This document shows positions 21,389 through 30,919 of a stretch of 41,172 bases of DNA, piece after piece. The notes beneath the pieces are model-generated. The model made no database searches, had not been told where the DNA came from, and saw only the letters and a list, made by a program, of their open reading frames with translations. Position numbers and translations under genes: made by a program. Position 1 is the stretch's first letter, and every line of letters begins with the position of its first letter. The DNA is from a virus: positions 1 to 41,172 of the IMG/VR virus record IMGVR_UViG_3300042934_000521; one strand, given 5' to 3'.

Positions 21389-21819
21389 CCTGCATCGGGA
21401 ACATCCTGTGCTAGGCTTCGCCTGCTGGGCGTGAGAGGTATCCGAAAGGGTAAGTCTCACGCCCCTTCTGCATCCAGGGGTGCGTCTGGATCTGTTGATG
21501 CACTAGCCGAAACATCACCGGTGGGTGCTCCAGGAATCAACGCCACAATCTTCCACTCAGGTTCAGTCACCGCCCGTCTGCGAATTGCGGGAACCACGGA
21601 ATCCAAGCGGCTCACTATGGCGGCCTATCGCCGAGCTTCTGCCTGGGTGGAATCAACTTGCTGCACACCGCGCCGGACCGTGAGACGACGGCGCCCCTTT
21701 TGAGGATGGTGCAGCAACCCCCGGACCGATGACGCTTGCCAGCGCACGTCCGGGGCTCAACTTCTGATTGCAGGTCCGAGTCCTGTTGCCGTATGCGAAC
21801 TCCGACAATCGATCACAGG
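21389..21819 (+). promoter_or_regulatory. ~430-nt structured non-coding region preceding the late/packaging genes
   Basis: Hairpins: 21427-36/21455-64 (10 bp), 21472-77/21486-91 (6 bp), 21658-66/21709-17 (9 bp) enclosing 21670-75/21689-94 followed by CCCTTTT, and 21719-26/21748-55 (8 bp). The only long ORF here has flat GC3. Confidence 0.6.
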
Positions 21820-22065
21820 ATGGTGGAATCCATGCGCGAGACACTCGTATTTCAAGCTGAACAGTTCTTCACGCCGGAAGAGCGCCAACAGTTCTCGGCA
21901 TGGCTGAGTTCGATGGCTTTCCGGGATCGATGCCAGCTGCTTGACGAGCTAGTGGAAATGAATCGCACGGTGCTTGTCTGGGTGGCGCCATTCGATGCGG
22001 ACGACCTCATCGACGATCTGGTATCGGGCTACGCAGCGCAACTCGATCACTTGGCGGCAGCGTGA
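21820..22065 (+). CDS. Hypothetical protein (81 aa from ATG 21820; alternative ATG 21832)
   Basis: Distal part of track ORF 21736..22065. Codon bias only becomes gene-like after ~21820. Confidence 0.5.
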   Translation: MVESMRETLVFQAEQFFTPEERQQFSAWLSSMAFRDRCQLLDELVEMNRTVLVWVAPFDADDLIDDLVSGYAAQLDHLAAA

Positions 22066-22149
22066 TCCTCGACCTGATCGAAGTGGTCCGAAGTGTGTGG
22101 GCACTCATTGAGTTCTGGGTGATCTGATGCCCAACCTCGCGTTGATCAA

Positions 22150-22812
22150 GTGGACCCTGACTCGAACGTGGATGATGTGGAGGCCTTGGTGACTGAGCGC
22201 GAAGACGGCAAAGAGGTCATCAAGGAAGTCAAGTTCAACAACGGCCGCCCGCCCGGTTACGTCGAGGACCCGCATAATCCCGGGGTGTGGACTTCACCGA
22301 AGCACGCCGACTGGCTGCGCGAACAACTCACCGGTGCAGTCGCCGATCAGACCGCGCTCGCCAAGGTGGACCCCGAAGTCAAGGCGCTCTCAGACGAACT
22401 GGCTGTCGTCCACCTTCCCGAGTACGACCTCGGTGCAGCGAAGAAGGCAGAGCCGACACGGTTCGAGATCAAGCAGCCCACACGTCTTGCGGCATACCTG
22501 CATTCACGAGGATGGCGACATCACCCCGAGTGCGAGGAAGTTCGCTGGGTTCCCACGCCCGACGGTCAAGCCCACGACCTCGGCATCCACATCACCAAGG
22601 CCGAGGACGGGACCTGGCCCACGCCGAACCCCGAAGACTTCTACGACGCCGAGAAGATCGACCTGTCGCAGACGCCCGGTGGTGAATGGGTAGCCGCGCA
22701 TCCATGCGGTGCCAATGCCAAGCATCCATCGAAGGCCAAGGCGCATGCCGATGTGGTGAGACAGCTGCTCGTCAAGATCGAGGAGGCGAACGCCGATGTG
22801 CCCGAGTCTTGA
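22150..22812 (+). CDS. Hypothetical protein (220 aa; start uncertain, GTG 22189 has a GGAGG 5 nt upstream)
   Basis: Track ORF with high GC3. Confidence 0.6.
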   Translation: MDPDSNVDDVEALVTEREDGKEVIKEVKFNNGRPPGYVEDPHNPGVWTSPKHADWLREQLTGAVADQTALAKVDPEVKALSDELAVVHLPEYDLGAAKKAEPTRFEIKQPTRLAAYLHSRGWRHHPECEEVRWVPTPDGQAHDLGIHITKAEDGTWPTPNPEDFYDAEKIDLSQTPGGEWVAAHPCGANAKHPSKAKAHADVVRQLLVKIEEANADVPES

Positions 22813-22939
22813 AGACGAACTCTTCGACGTCGACGTACTCATCGGACGAGCTACTCGCATGGGCAACTCCGATGCGGTCGATCGGTTGACCGAGCAGCGA
22901 GCCCGAGTGAAGGCGCGGATCGAAGCGGCATCGATATGA
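22796..22939 (+). CDS. Unlisted small protein (47 aa)
   Basis: GAGGAGG lies ~9 nt upstream. ATGA overlap with the HNH gene at 22936. Hand translation MCPSLEDELFDVDVLIGRATRMGNSD.... Confidence 0.45.
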   Translation: MCPSLEDELFDVDVLIGRATRMGNSDAVDRLTEQRARVKARIEAASI

Positions 22940-23229
22940 GTAGTGCAGGCCGATCAGGACATCGATGGCGAACGATCCGAGCAAACCATCGAGCAATGTG
23001 CCAGGCCAGGAATGCCCCATGTTGGCTATGTGGGCAACAGATCGACTATGACGCACCAGCGAACGCTGCTGAGTCATACGAGGCCGATCACTTCCATTCG
23101 GTGAGCACTCACCCGCAGCTCGCGAACGACCCCGAGAACCTGCGTCCATCGCACTCGGGATGCAACCGCAGTCGCGGCAACAAGGCGATAGACACCGACG
23201 CTTGGGTTCAGTCGGAAGTCTGGGACTGA
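22936..23229 (+). CDS. HNH endonuclease (97 aa), terminase-associated type
   Basis: CWLCG...EADHFHSVS...NLRPSHSGCNRSRGNK. Confidence 0.85.
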   Translation: MSSAGRSGHRWRTIRANHRAMCQARNAPCWLCGQQIDYDAPANAAESYEADHFHSVSTHPQLANDPENLRPSHSGCNRSRGNKAIDTDAWVQSEVWD

Positions 23230-23235
23230 AAAGGC

Positions 23236-23283
23236 CTCTGACCTGCACTTATGTGACAGATTCGGCATAAGTGCAGGTCAGAG
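23236..23283. repeat. 18-bp perfect inverted repeat (hairpin) just after the HNH gene
   Basis: CTCTGACCTGCACTTATG (23236-53) pairs with CATAAGTGCAGGTCAGAG (23266-83), 12-nt loop. Confidence 0.9.
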
Positions 23284-23379
23284 CCATAAAATCCGGACCC
23301 CCCACCCCAAGGACACTCCACCGGTTCCGTCCAATCTCCCCCCTGCGTTCAGGGGTGTACATGTACACGGGGGTGTTCA
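23284..23379. other. Probable cos/packaging-recognition region
   Basis: Lies between HNH and terS. C-runs (CCCCCCACCCC, CTCCCCCC) and the perfect 14-bp palindrome GTGTACATGTACAC (23355-68). Exact ends are not determinable from sequence. Confidence 0.4.
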
Positions 23380-23775
23380 GTGGCTGACGCGCACAACCGG
23401 ACCCGCTACCTCAAGGGGTGCCGCTGCGAGATCTGCAAGGCCGCACAGGCGGATTACCGTCGGGACCTGAAGGCTCGCAAGTCGGAGGGGAAACCTGTTC
23501 GACCGGTTGTCGTGCAGATGCCAACCCAAGACGTGTCCACCACAGATGACGAATCTGTCGTCGCTGCGGTTCGCCGTGAGATCGGAATGCTCGACGTTTC
23601 GAAGCGGCCCGGCTTGGTGGCGACGGCGTTGGCACTGGCGCGGGTTCTCGACAATCCACTTTCGGTGCAGCAGCACCCCGCAGCGGCCGGACGCCTCGCA
23701 GAGTTGCTGAACACCTTGTCGACGTCGGCACCGAAGAAGCGTTCGAAGCTTGCCGAACTGAGGGAGGCGCGGTGA
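23380..23775 (+). CDS. terS: Terminase small subunit (131 aa)
   Basis: GTG start. N-terminal NRTRYLKGCRCEICKAAQADYRR motif is common in actinophage small terminases. Lies immediately upstream of terL. Confidence 0.7.
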   Translation: MADAHNRTRYLKGCRCEICKAAQADYRRDLKARKSEGKPVRPVVVQMPTQDVSTTDDESVVAAVRREIGMLDVSKRPGLVATALALARVLDNPLSVQQHPAAAGRLAELLNTLSTSAPKKRSKLAELREAR

Positions 23776-25343
23776 GTGAGACCCGGTACGGCTCCGAGGT
23801 CGCGAGAATCTTCACCCCTCCGCTGCGCGAGCTCACTCCCGAAACCTCGGATGGTTTCAAATGCATCAAATTCGCGGAAGAGATTGTCGGAATCACATTG
23901 CTGCCCTGGCAGAAATGGCTACTGATTCACGCACTCGAGCTGCGCCCTGATGGCCTGTACCGGTTTCGAACCGTGCTCGTTCTCGTCGCACGGCAGAACG
24001 GCAAGACGCTCGTGATGATGATCCTGGCGTTGTGGCATATCTACGTCCGAGGATCTCGAACCGTCATCGGTACGGCACAGGATCTGACCAACGCCGAGAA
24101 GGCGTGGGGCGAAGCGGTCGAGATGGCGCAGGGCGTCGAGGATCTCAACGACGAAATCGAGCACGTCGTACAAACGAACGGCAAGAAATCGCTGTTGCTG
24201 GAGTCGGGTGAGCAGTACCGAGTAGCGGCCGCTTCCAGGCGTGGCGCTCGCGGGTTCACTGGCGACCTGATTCTGCTTGACGAACTACGCGAACATCAGA
24301 ACTGGGACGCCTGGGGCGCGTCGACCAAGACGACCTTGGCGCGCCCCGAGGCGCAGGTCTGGGGTTTCTCCAATGCCGGCGATGCCCTTTCGATTGTGTT
24401 GCGCTACTTGCGCGCTCTGGCACACCAGGCGCTCGGGTGGCCTGATGGCAATGAGGACGAAGCCGCGCTTGGCATGGCCGATGACCTGTCCGAGGAAGAC
24501 CTGGAAGACGGCGACTCGCTCGGACTGTTCGAGTGGTCAGCCCCACCGAACGCCGCCCGCAACGATCGCAAGGGTTGGGCCTGGGCGAATCCGTCGATGG
24601 GGTACACGATCACCGAGCGTGCCATCGCATCGGCGATGCGTACCGACCCGGTCTCGGTGTTCCTCGTCGAGGTGCTCTGTCGGTGGATCTCCACCGCAGA
24701 GGGCGGACCATTCCCCGAGGGTAAGTGGATCGCCACTCAGGACAACACGGCGAAGATCGCACTGAACTCCAAACGCGTTTTGGCGATCGACGTTTCGTGG
24801 GATCGAACCATGACCTACATCGCCCGAGGCGGCAAGGATCGCGAAGACTCCTCGGTCGTCGACATCGCGGCCCAGCGACCCGGGACCGACTGGGTGGTGC
24901 CGTGGCTGATCAAACATCGCCGACGCTACGACGCGTTCACGCTGCAGACCAACGGCGCCCCTGCGTCCTCACTGCGGGACGTGATCAAGAACGCCAAGCT
25001 CCCCGACGGATCGGATGCGAATCTGCCGCTCGTCGAGTTGGCTGGATCGGATCTCGTCCGCGCCACGGGCATTGCATTCGATGCTGTTGACAAAAAACTC
25101 GTCAAGCACCTGCAACACCAGGGACTCGACCTTGCGGCCGCGACAGCGCGACCGAAGACACTCGGCGACTCGTGGGTCATCGACCGAAAGAACTCACCCG
25201 TCGACGCCGCGCCACTGATCGCGTTCTTCTACGTGCTCTGGCTCCTCGAACAAGAACTCGAGGAAACACCCGACCAACTACCCACCCAGGCTCCACCGCT
25301 TCGGCGGGACGAGTTGGACGAAGTGATGACCGCTGGATTCTGA
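23772..25343 (+). CDS. terL: Terminase large subunit (523 aa)
   Basis: GTGA overlap. Walker A-like VARQNGKT, LILLDELREH (Walker B-like). Size and position fit. Confidence 0.9.
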   Translation: MSETRYGSEVARIFTPPLRELTPETSDGFKCIKFAEEIVGITLLPWQKWLLIHALELRPDGLYRFRTVLVLVARQNGKTLVMMILALWHIYVRGSRTVIGTAQDLTNAEKAWGEAVEMAQGVEDLNDEIEHVVQTNGKKSLLLESGEQYRVAAASRRGARGFTGDLILLDELREHQNWDAWGASTKTTLARPEAQVWGFSNAGDALSIVLRYLRALAHQALGWPDGNEDEAALGMADDLSEEDLEDGDSLGLFEWSAPPNAARNDRKGWAWANPSMGYTITERAIASAMRTDPVSVFLVEVLCRWISTAEGGPFPEGKWIATQDNTAKIALNSKRVLAIDVSWDRTMTYIARGGKDREDSSVVDIAAQRPGTDWVVPWLIKHRRRYDAFTLQTNGAPASSLRDVIKNAKLPDGSDANLPLVELAGSDLVRATGIAFDAVDKKLVKHLQHQGLDLAAATARPKTLGDSWVIDRKNSPVDAAPLIAFFYVLWLLEQELEETPDQLPTQAPPLRRDELDEVMTAGF

Positions 25344-25357
25344 GAAGGAGGTGGCTG

Positions 25358-26620
25358 GTGGACGCTCTAAAACTACCTGTGGGCGAAGGCGTGACGCCAT
25401 GGATCAACAAGGCCGCCACGACAAGCCCGACCGCCGAAATCGGCTACGTCTCCGACGAAGGTGGCTACTGGGCAGTCGACCTCGAGGAAACTCCCGAGCT
25501 TCGCTGGCCCCAAGCCGGTGAGGTCTACGAGCGAATGTCTCGGCAGGACAGCCAAGTCCGGTCGGTGCTACAAGCGGTGACTCTGCCGGTGCGGCGCACG
25601 AAGGCTCGTATCGACCCGAATGGTGCCAGGCCCGAGGTCGTCGCATTGGTTGCCGAAGACCTACGGCTGCCGGTGGTCGGGTCGGACGCTCCGCCTGCTG
25701 GTCGGGCGCGAGGTCGGTTCTCGTTCAAAGAGCACCTTCGACTCGCGTTGCTCCAGGCAAAGTTCGGGCACATGTTCTTCGAACAGAACTACCGCATCGA
25801 CGACGCCGGCATGACGCGGCTCCGCAAGCTCGCGCCACGCATGCCGAGGACGATCTCGGAAATCACTACCGCCCGTGACGGCGGACTGATCTCGATCGAG
25901 CAGAGCGGGACGGCCAAGCCAATCCCGGTCAGCCAGCTCGTCGCGTACGTCCTCGACGGCGACCCCGGTGATTGGCGCGGAAACTCGCTACTGCGTTCGG
26001 CCTACAAGAACTGGCTCCTCAAAGACCGGTTGCTGCGGACACAAGCGCAGGTGGTTGACCGCAACGGCCTCGGTACCCCGATCTACGAGGCGGGTCCGAA
26101 CGACAAGCAAGAGCAACTGATCGAGGGCGAGAAGATCGCGCGCTCGTATCGATCCGGTGACACGGCCGGCGCCGCGACACCGTACGGAGCGAAACTCCGA
26201 TTGGCCGCGCCCGAGGGCAACCTGCCCGACGCTCAAGGCCCGATCAACTATCACGACGACCAGATCGCGAAATCTGTTCTCGCGCACTTCCTCAACCTCG
26301 GACGGCAGACCGGATCGTGGGCATTGGGAACGACGTTCGCAGACTTCTTCGTCTTCTCACTGCAAGCGCTCGCTGACTCGGTCTGCGAGACGTTCAACCA
26401 GCACGTCGTCGAAGACCTTGTCGACCTGAACTGGGGCGAGGACGAACCAGCTCCACTGGTGGTGTTCGACGAGATCGGATCGCAATACGCCGCAGTCGCC
26501 GAGGCACTCAAACTGCTCGTCGAAGCGGGGTTGCTCGATCCCGATGACGCGGTCAAAGCCGCAGTGCGCCAGGCGTACAGCCTTCCCACGCAGACCACAT
26601 CCGAAGGAGGTTCCGAGTGA
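25358..26620 (+). CDS. Portal protein (420 aa)
   Basis: GTG lies 7 nt after GAAGGAGG, trimmed from track ORF 25172..26620. Position follows terL. YERMSRQDSQVRSVLQAVTLPV. Confidence 0.85.
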   Translation: MDALKLPVGEGVTPWINKAATTSPTAEIGYVSDEGGYWAVDLEETPELRWPQAGEVYERMSRQDSQVRSVLQAVTLPVRRTKARIDPNGARPEVVALVAEDLRLPVVGSDAPPAGRARGRFSFKEHLRLALLQAKFGHMFFEQNYRIDDAGMTRLRKLAPRMPRTISEITTARDGGLISIEQSGTAKPIPVSQLVAYVLDGDPGDWRGNSLLRSAYKNWLLKDRLLRTQAQVVDRNGLGTPIYEAGPNDKQEQLIEGEKIARSYRSGDTAGAATPYGAKLRLAAPEGNLPDAQGPINYHDDQIAKSVLAHFLNLGRQTGSWALGTTFADFFVFSLQALADSVCETFNQHVVEDLVDLNWGEDEPAPLVVFDEIGSQYAAVAEALKLLVEAGLLDPDDAVKAAVRQAYSLPTQTTSEGGSE

Positions 26621-27933
26621 ACCGAAGCGAACGTCGGATGCGCGCCAGCGCTCGTCCGGACAAACACGAGTGGTACCAGATCCGGAACGCCGCCGACGAA
26701 GACGAAGGTCCCGCCGAGATTCTGATCTACGACGAGATCGGCTACGGCTGGTACGGCGGCGTCAGCGCCCAGAACTTCGCCAAGGAACTCGGTGCGATCT
26801 CCACCGACGAGATCACCGTGCGCCTGAACTCACCCGGCGGTGACGTCTACGACGGCATCGCGATTCTCAACGCGCTCCGCTCCCACAAAGCCCGTGTCAC
26901 TGTCTATGTCGACGGGCTCGCCGCGTCCGCTGCAAGTTTCATTGCCATGGCCGGCGACGAGGTCGTCATGCGCCGCAACAGCGAAATGATGATCCACGAC
27001 GCCTCGTGCTTCGGCATCGGCAACGCGGGCGAGATGCGCAAGGTGGCAGAGGATCTCGATCGCGTCAGCAACAACATCGCATCCATCTACGCCGAGCGTG
27101 CCGGTGGGACTACTGACGAGTGGCGCGAGATCATGCTCGCCGAAACCTGGTACTCCGCACAAGAAGCCGTCGACGCCGGGCTCGCGAATCGCGTCGACGC
27201 CAAGGCCGAGACCGAGGAAGACGACAAGGCCGCAGCGAAGAACTCGTTCGACCTGTCGATCTTCAACTACGCCGGTCGCCGTGAAGCGCCGGCACCCCCA
27301 CAGATCGTCCGTCACGAAGACCGTGCCGGATCTCGCCCGAGCGCATCGCATCGGGCGCCCACAACCCCAGCCGCAAGCACGGTCGGGTCTACACGAAAAG
27401 GAGGCTCGACAGTGGCACTGACACTGACTGACGAGCAGGAAACCTCCGTCCTCGAGGCCCTCGGGCTTGAGGCAGGTGCAACCGCCGACGAGGTCGTGAC
27501 GGCGGTTGAAGAACTCGCCACCGCACCCGAGGAGGGCGGATCCGAAACGGAGAACGCCGCCACCGGTGCGACCACGGCTCGCCTGCCCGAGGGCGTCGTC
27601 GCCGTCGACGCAGATCAGTTCGCAGCACTGCAGGCACAGGCAGCGCGAGGCGCGGCCGCGGCAGAGCGCCAGGAATCCGAGGATCGCACCCGTCTCGTCG
27701 ATGACGCGATTCGCGCCGGCAAGTTCCCGACGGCCAAGCGCGAGCACTGGCTCAACTACCTCAAGGCGGATCCGAAGGGCGGCCGCGAGGTGTTGGCCTC
27801 ACTGGCCGAGGGATTGATCCCGGTCGGCGAATCCATCGGCCACGCACAAGAACACGAAACCACTGTCTCCGACGAGTCGCTCGACGACTTCGCCGCGCAG
27901 CTCGGCCTCTCGAAGGGAGCACTCCGTGCCTGA
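26617..27933 (+). CDS. Capsid maturation protease (ClpP/S14 type) fused to a scaffold-like C-terminal region (438 aa)
   Basis: LNSPGGDVYDGIAI, GLAASAASFIAMAG, MMIHD. C-terminus is Ala/Glu-rich and coiled. Confidence 0.85.
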   Translation: MNRSERRMRASARPDKHEWYQIRNAADEDEGPAEILIYDEIGYGWYGGVSAQNFAKELGAISTDEITVRLNSPGGDVYDGIAILNALRSHKARVTVYVDGLAASAASFIAMAGDEVVMRRNSEMMIHDASCFGIGNAGEMRKVAEDLDRVSNNIASIYAERAGGTTDEWREIMLAETWYSAQEAVDAGLANRVDAKAETEEDDKAAAKNSFDLSIFNYAGRREAPAPPQIVRHEDRAGSRPSASHRAPTTPAASTVGSTRKGGSTVALTLTDEQETSVLEALGLEAGATADEVVTAVEELATAPEEGGSETENAATGATTARLPEGVVAVDADQFAALQAQAARGAAAAERQESEDRTRLVDDAIRAGKFPTAKREHWLNYLKADPKGGREVLASLAEGLIPVGESIGHAQEHETTVSDESLDDFAAQLGLSKGALRA

Positions 27934-28294
27934 TTACCTGCCCAAGTTCACCGGTGGTTTGTCCCACCCCACTCGCACTGCGGGCGCGGGCGGCGTCACC
28001 GGCGGCCAGATCGTCACAGCGGCCGGTCTCCCCGCCGGTGCCGGTGCCCTCGACTGGGTCGGCATCGCCTCGCAGGATGCCGCGGCCGGTCAACTGTTCG
28101 TCGCCTACAGCGGGGCGGTTCAGTACCCCACCGCTGCGGGTCCTATCGCCCAGGGCGCACGCGTCAAGTGCGCCGCGGGTGGTCAGGTCACCACCTGGGT
28201 CTCCGGCACCGACGTGCCTGACGCCCTGGTCGGTACTGCGCTGGAAGCAGCCTCCGGCGCTGGTGTCCAGTTCCCCGTCAAGTTCACGCGCTGA
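27926..28294 (+). CDS. Head decoration-like protein (DUF2190-like, 122 aa)
   Basis: Gly/Ala-rich beta protein lying between the protease and the major capsid gene. Confidence 0.5.
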   Translation: MPDYLPKFTGGLSHPTRTAGAGGVTGGQIVTAAGLPAGAGALDWVGIASQDAAAGQLFVAYSGAVQYPTAAGPIAQGARVKCAAGGQVTTWVSGTDVPDALVGTALEAASGAGVQFPVKFTR

Positions 28295-28310
28295 GAAAGG
28301 AATTGGCCTG

Positions 28311-29225
28311 ATGCCTACCACTTACCCCGATCAGGGGCCGACTATCAACGGTCAGAAAATCACACTCGAACGACTCATGAACGACCCGGTCCTGATCTAC
28401 AGGGTGTTGCGCACGCTCGTCGACGAGCGGCTCATCTCCCCGGTGATCCTGTCCGGAAAGGTCGACCTGACCGGTTCCGGGTCCGCGATCTTCGAGACCG
28501 GCGAATCGATCTACTCCGACCGCGCCGCCGAGCGTGTCGCTCACATGGGCGAGTACCCGCTCACCGGCGATACCGCCGGACCGATCACACAGGTCTCCGC
28601 AGAGAAGTGGGCACTCGCAACCGAGTTCCCCGACACCCTCGTATCGCGAGGCCGCATGGATCTGGCGACCCGCAAGCTGATCAAGCTCGCGAACCGCCTG
28701 ACCAAGCAGTTCGACGAGGTCTGCCTCTCTGCCGTCGCCTCTGCTGTGACTCAGACTCAGGCGGCCGAGGCCGCGTGGAACACCGCCGGCGCCAACCCGT
28801 TCCTCGACGCACTGCTGTCCGGCGCGAAGATCGACGAACTCAACGAGGGATTCGAGGTCAACACGATCGTCGCCCGCCCGACGCAGTTCGCTCGCATCCT
28901 CGGCGCCGCGAAGATCCTCGACCGGTTGCCCCGTGAAGGCGCTGACGCGCCGGTGCTGACCGGCCGCATGATCTCGATCGCCGGATTCAACATCGTCAAG
29001 ACCACGAACCTCCCACCGTCCACGGACGTGATGGTCCTCGACTCGACGCAGCTCGGGTCCATCGCCTTCGAAGATCAGGGAGGCGGCTACACCGGCAAGG
29101 CCGACGGAGTCCAGACCAAGCGCTTCCGCAAGGAAGAGGCGGACGGCTGGCGCATCCAGGCCCGCAAGGTCGGCGTGCCCATGGTTCAGGAGCCGATGGC
29201 GGCTCTGAAGGTGACGGGAGTCTGA
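28311..29225 (+). CDS. Major capsid protein, HK97-fold type (304 aa)
   Basis: ATG 28311 trimmed from track ORF 27954..29225. Very high GC3. Position and size fit. Confidence 0.85.
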   Translation: MPTTYPDQGPTINGQKITLERLMNDPVLIYRVLRTLVDERLISPVILSGKVDLTGSGSAIFETGESIYSDRAAERVAHMGEYPLTGDTAGPITQVSAEKWALATEFPDTLVSRGRMDLATRKLIKLANRLTKQFDEVCLSAVASAVTQTQAAEAAWNTAGANPFLDALLSGAKIDELNEGFEVNTIVARPTQFARILGAAKILDRLPREGADAPVLTGRMISIAGFNIVKTTNLPPSTDVMVLDSTQLGSIAFEDQGGGYTGKADGVQTKRFRKEEADGWRIQARKVGVPMVQEPMAALKVTGV

Positions 29226-29226
29226 G

Positions 29227-29553
29227 ATGGCCAAGCAGTACTTCGGCAAGGCCGCACTGACAGTGGTGCGGCAGAAGAGCAACGGCTCTCGTATCTACGT
29301 GTACGCAGGTCAGCCGGTAGGCGAGGACGTCGACGCCGCCGAGATTCACCGTCTCGAAGCGGAAGGCTTCATCGAAGCCATCGAGATCCCCGAGACGATC
29401 GAGGATTTCGACCTCGGCGACGATGCCGGCGACGGACCGCCCGCCGAGTCGGCGAACAAGGATGCGTGGATCGAGTACGCAATCCGCAAGGGACACGACC
29501 GCGACGAAGCAGAGAAGGCCACCAAAGCCGATCTGATCAAGGCGCTGAGCTGA
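29227..29553 (+). CDS. Hypothetical head-associated acidic protein (108 aa)
   Basis: Track ORF. Begins 1 nt after the capsid gene stop. Confidence 0.6.
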   Translation: MAKQYFGKAALTVVRQKSNGSRIYVYAGQPVGEDVDAAEIHRLEAEGFIEAIEIPETIEDFDLGDDAGDGPPAESANKDAWIEYAIRKGHDRDEAEKATKADLIKALS

Positions 29554-29566
29554 AAGGAGGGGCGTC

Positions 29567-29941
29567 ATGAATCCGTTCGCGACCTACACGGATCTCGAAA
29601 GCGGCTGGCGCCCCTTGTCGGCGACCGAGCGGGTATGGGCTGCCCAGCTGCTCGGCGCCGCGGCGAGATGGATCTACCGCAACACCGCGGTCACTGATCC
29701 GCTCGACGAAGACGCCAAGCTCGTCTCGCTCGCGGTGGTGCGCAGCGCCCTCGGGCCCGGTGAATTCACTGGGTACAGCAACTTCTCGAAGGCTCTTGGG
29801 CCGCGCTCGCGGTCTGGCACGTTGGTCAACCCGGGCGGGGCGCTGATCTGGGAAGACTGGATGAAGGAACTGCTGGGCGTCAGTGTCGAAACCACTGCCA
29901 TTGGCCACTTCGGGAACGGAGGCTGCAGTGGGCGATGGTGA
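29567..29941 (+). CDS. Head-tail adaptor (124 aa)
   Basis: N-terminal ATYTDLESGWRPLSATE pattern typical of adaptor proteins. Gene order fits. Confidence 0.6.
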   Translation: MNPFATYTDLESGWRPLSATERVWAAQLLGAAARWIYRNTAVTDPLDEDAKLVSLAVVRSALGPGEFTGYSNFSKALGPRSRSGTLVNPGGALIWEDWMKELLGVSVETTAIGHFGNGGCSGRW

Positions 29942-30257
29942 GACCGTCACAATCCGCCCCGGGGTGAAACTCGATTCGAACCAGAATCCTGTCGCCACCA
30001 CGGGAACGACCTTCGAAATCCCCGGTTGCGTCGTCGAACCTCTTGGCTCGGACGAGTCGACGGACTTCGGCCGCAACGGAACCGCGACCCGGCTCAGGAT
30101 CTACGCACCGAATCCGGTCAGTCGAGCCATCACCGCCACCGATGTCGCAGTCGTCCGCGGCCTCGACTGGCAGATCGAAGGCGATGCCGACCTGTGGATC
30201 GACGACGACCCCGACCTGTCAGGTCCGGTGTTCACGATCTATCGAGGCAAGGGGTGA
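29928..30257 (+). CDS. Head closure / head-tail joining protein (109 aa from GTG 29928; alternative GTG 29883)
   Basis: TVTIRPG...GCVVEP...LRIYAP...VVRG..W.I.G pattern. Gene order fits. Confidence 0.6.
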   Translation: MGDGETVTIRPGVKLDSNQNPVATTGTTFEIPGCVVEPLGSDESTDFGRNGTATRLRIYAPNPVSRAITATDVAVVRGLDWQIEGDADLWIDDDPDLSGPVFTIYRGKG

Positions 30258-30260
30258 TCC

Positions 30261-30512
30261 ATGGCGAACCGGCCGTCCTTTCGCCTCAACCGCGGTGGCG
30301 TTCGGGAGATTCTCCGCAGCCCAGAGATGGCAGCGGTTATGAACGACGCCGCCCGACAGGTCGCCGACAAGATCGGTGACGACGCCGAGATCAGCGAATA
30401 CACCACCGACCGTCAGGCTGCGTCCGTATCCGTCCCGGCGCACCTGCAAGCGACAGACGGCGCACTCACACGGGCTGCGGCGTCCGTCGGCTTGGAGGTA
30501 AAGGTCAAGTGA
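30261..30512 (+). CDS. Neck protein, HK97 gp10-like (83 aa)
   Basis: FRLNRGGVREILRSPEMAAVMNDAARQVA. Gene order fits. Confidence 0.55.
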   Translation: MANRPSFRLNRGGVREILRSPEMAAVMNDAARQVADKIGDDAEISEYTTDRQAASVSVPAHLQATDGALTRAAASVGLEVKVK

Positions 30513-30919
30513 GCGAACCGATTCGCGTTCCCGCCGATCCCTTGCGAGCCATCACGGACTACCTGACGGCGGAACTGCCCGCTCTCGCGTCACCGCCATC
30601 GCTGACGGTCAGTCGAGGTACTCCGGACGACTGGACATTCGGCAGTTCCGCGCCCCATGTCGGCGTCTTCGATGACGGCGGACCGGTGCGGTGGCCGATC
30701 ATCACAGAGCCGCGAATCAGGGTGACCGTGTGGCATTCCGGGCGTGACGCTGCCCGAGAACTCGCCGCCCTGGTGTGCGGGATTCTCATGTGCCGCACAG
30801 TGCCTGGTGTCGCGACGATCACCGATCCATCCGGAATCCTCGACGCGCGAGATCCGAAGAATCGCGGCCTGATGGCCTCATTCACGGTCAAGGTTCAGGC
30901 TCGCACGATTGCCCTGTAG
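30509..30919 (+). CDS. Tail terminator (136 aa)
   Basis: GTGA overlap. Lies immediately before the major tail protein gene. Confidence 0.6.
   Translation: MSEPIRVPADPLRAITDYLTAELPALASPPSLTVSRGTPDDWTFGSSAPHVGVFDDGGPVRWPIITEPRIRVTVWHSGRDAARELAALVCGILMCRTVPGVATITDPSGILDARDPKNRGLMASFTVKVQARTIAL

Noticed and set aside
21431-21703. 90-aa plus-strand ORF in the pre-late intergenic region
   Set aside because: Third-codon-position GC is roughly flat, whereas real genes here have high GC3 (e.g. ~78-80% in the two genes hand-counted). Its GTG start lies inside a 10-bp hairpin stem. The region is treated as structured non-coding.
28284-29282. 332-aa minus-strand ORF antisense to the major capsid gene
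   Set aside because: Shadow ORF of a very high-GC3 gene. Its composition is Arg/Gly/Asp-rich junk, and it would interrupt a uniformly plus-strand structural operon.
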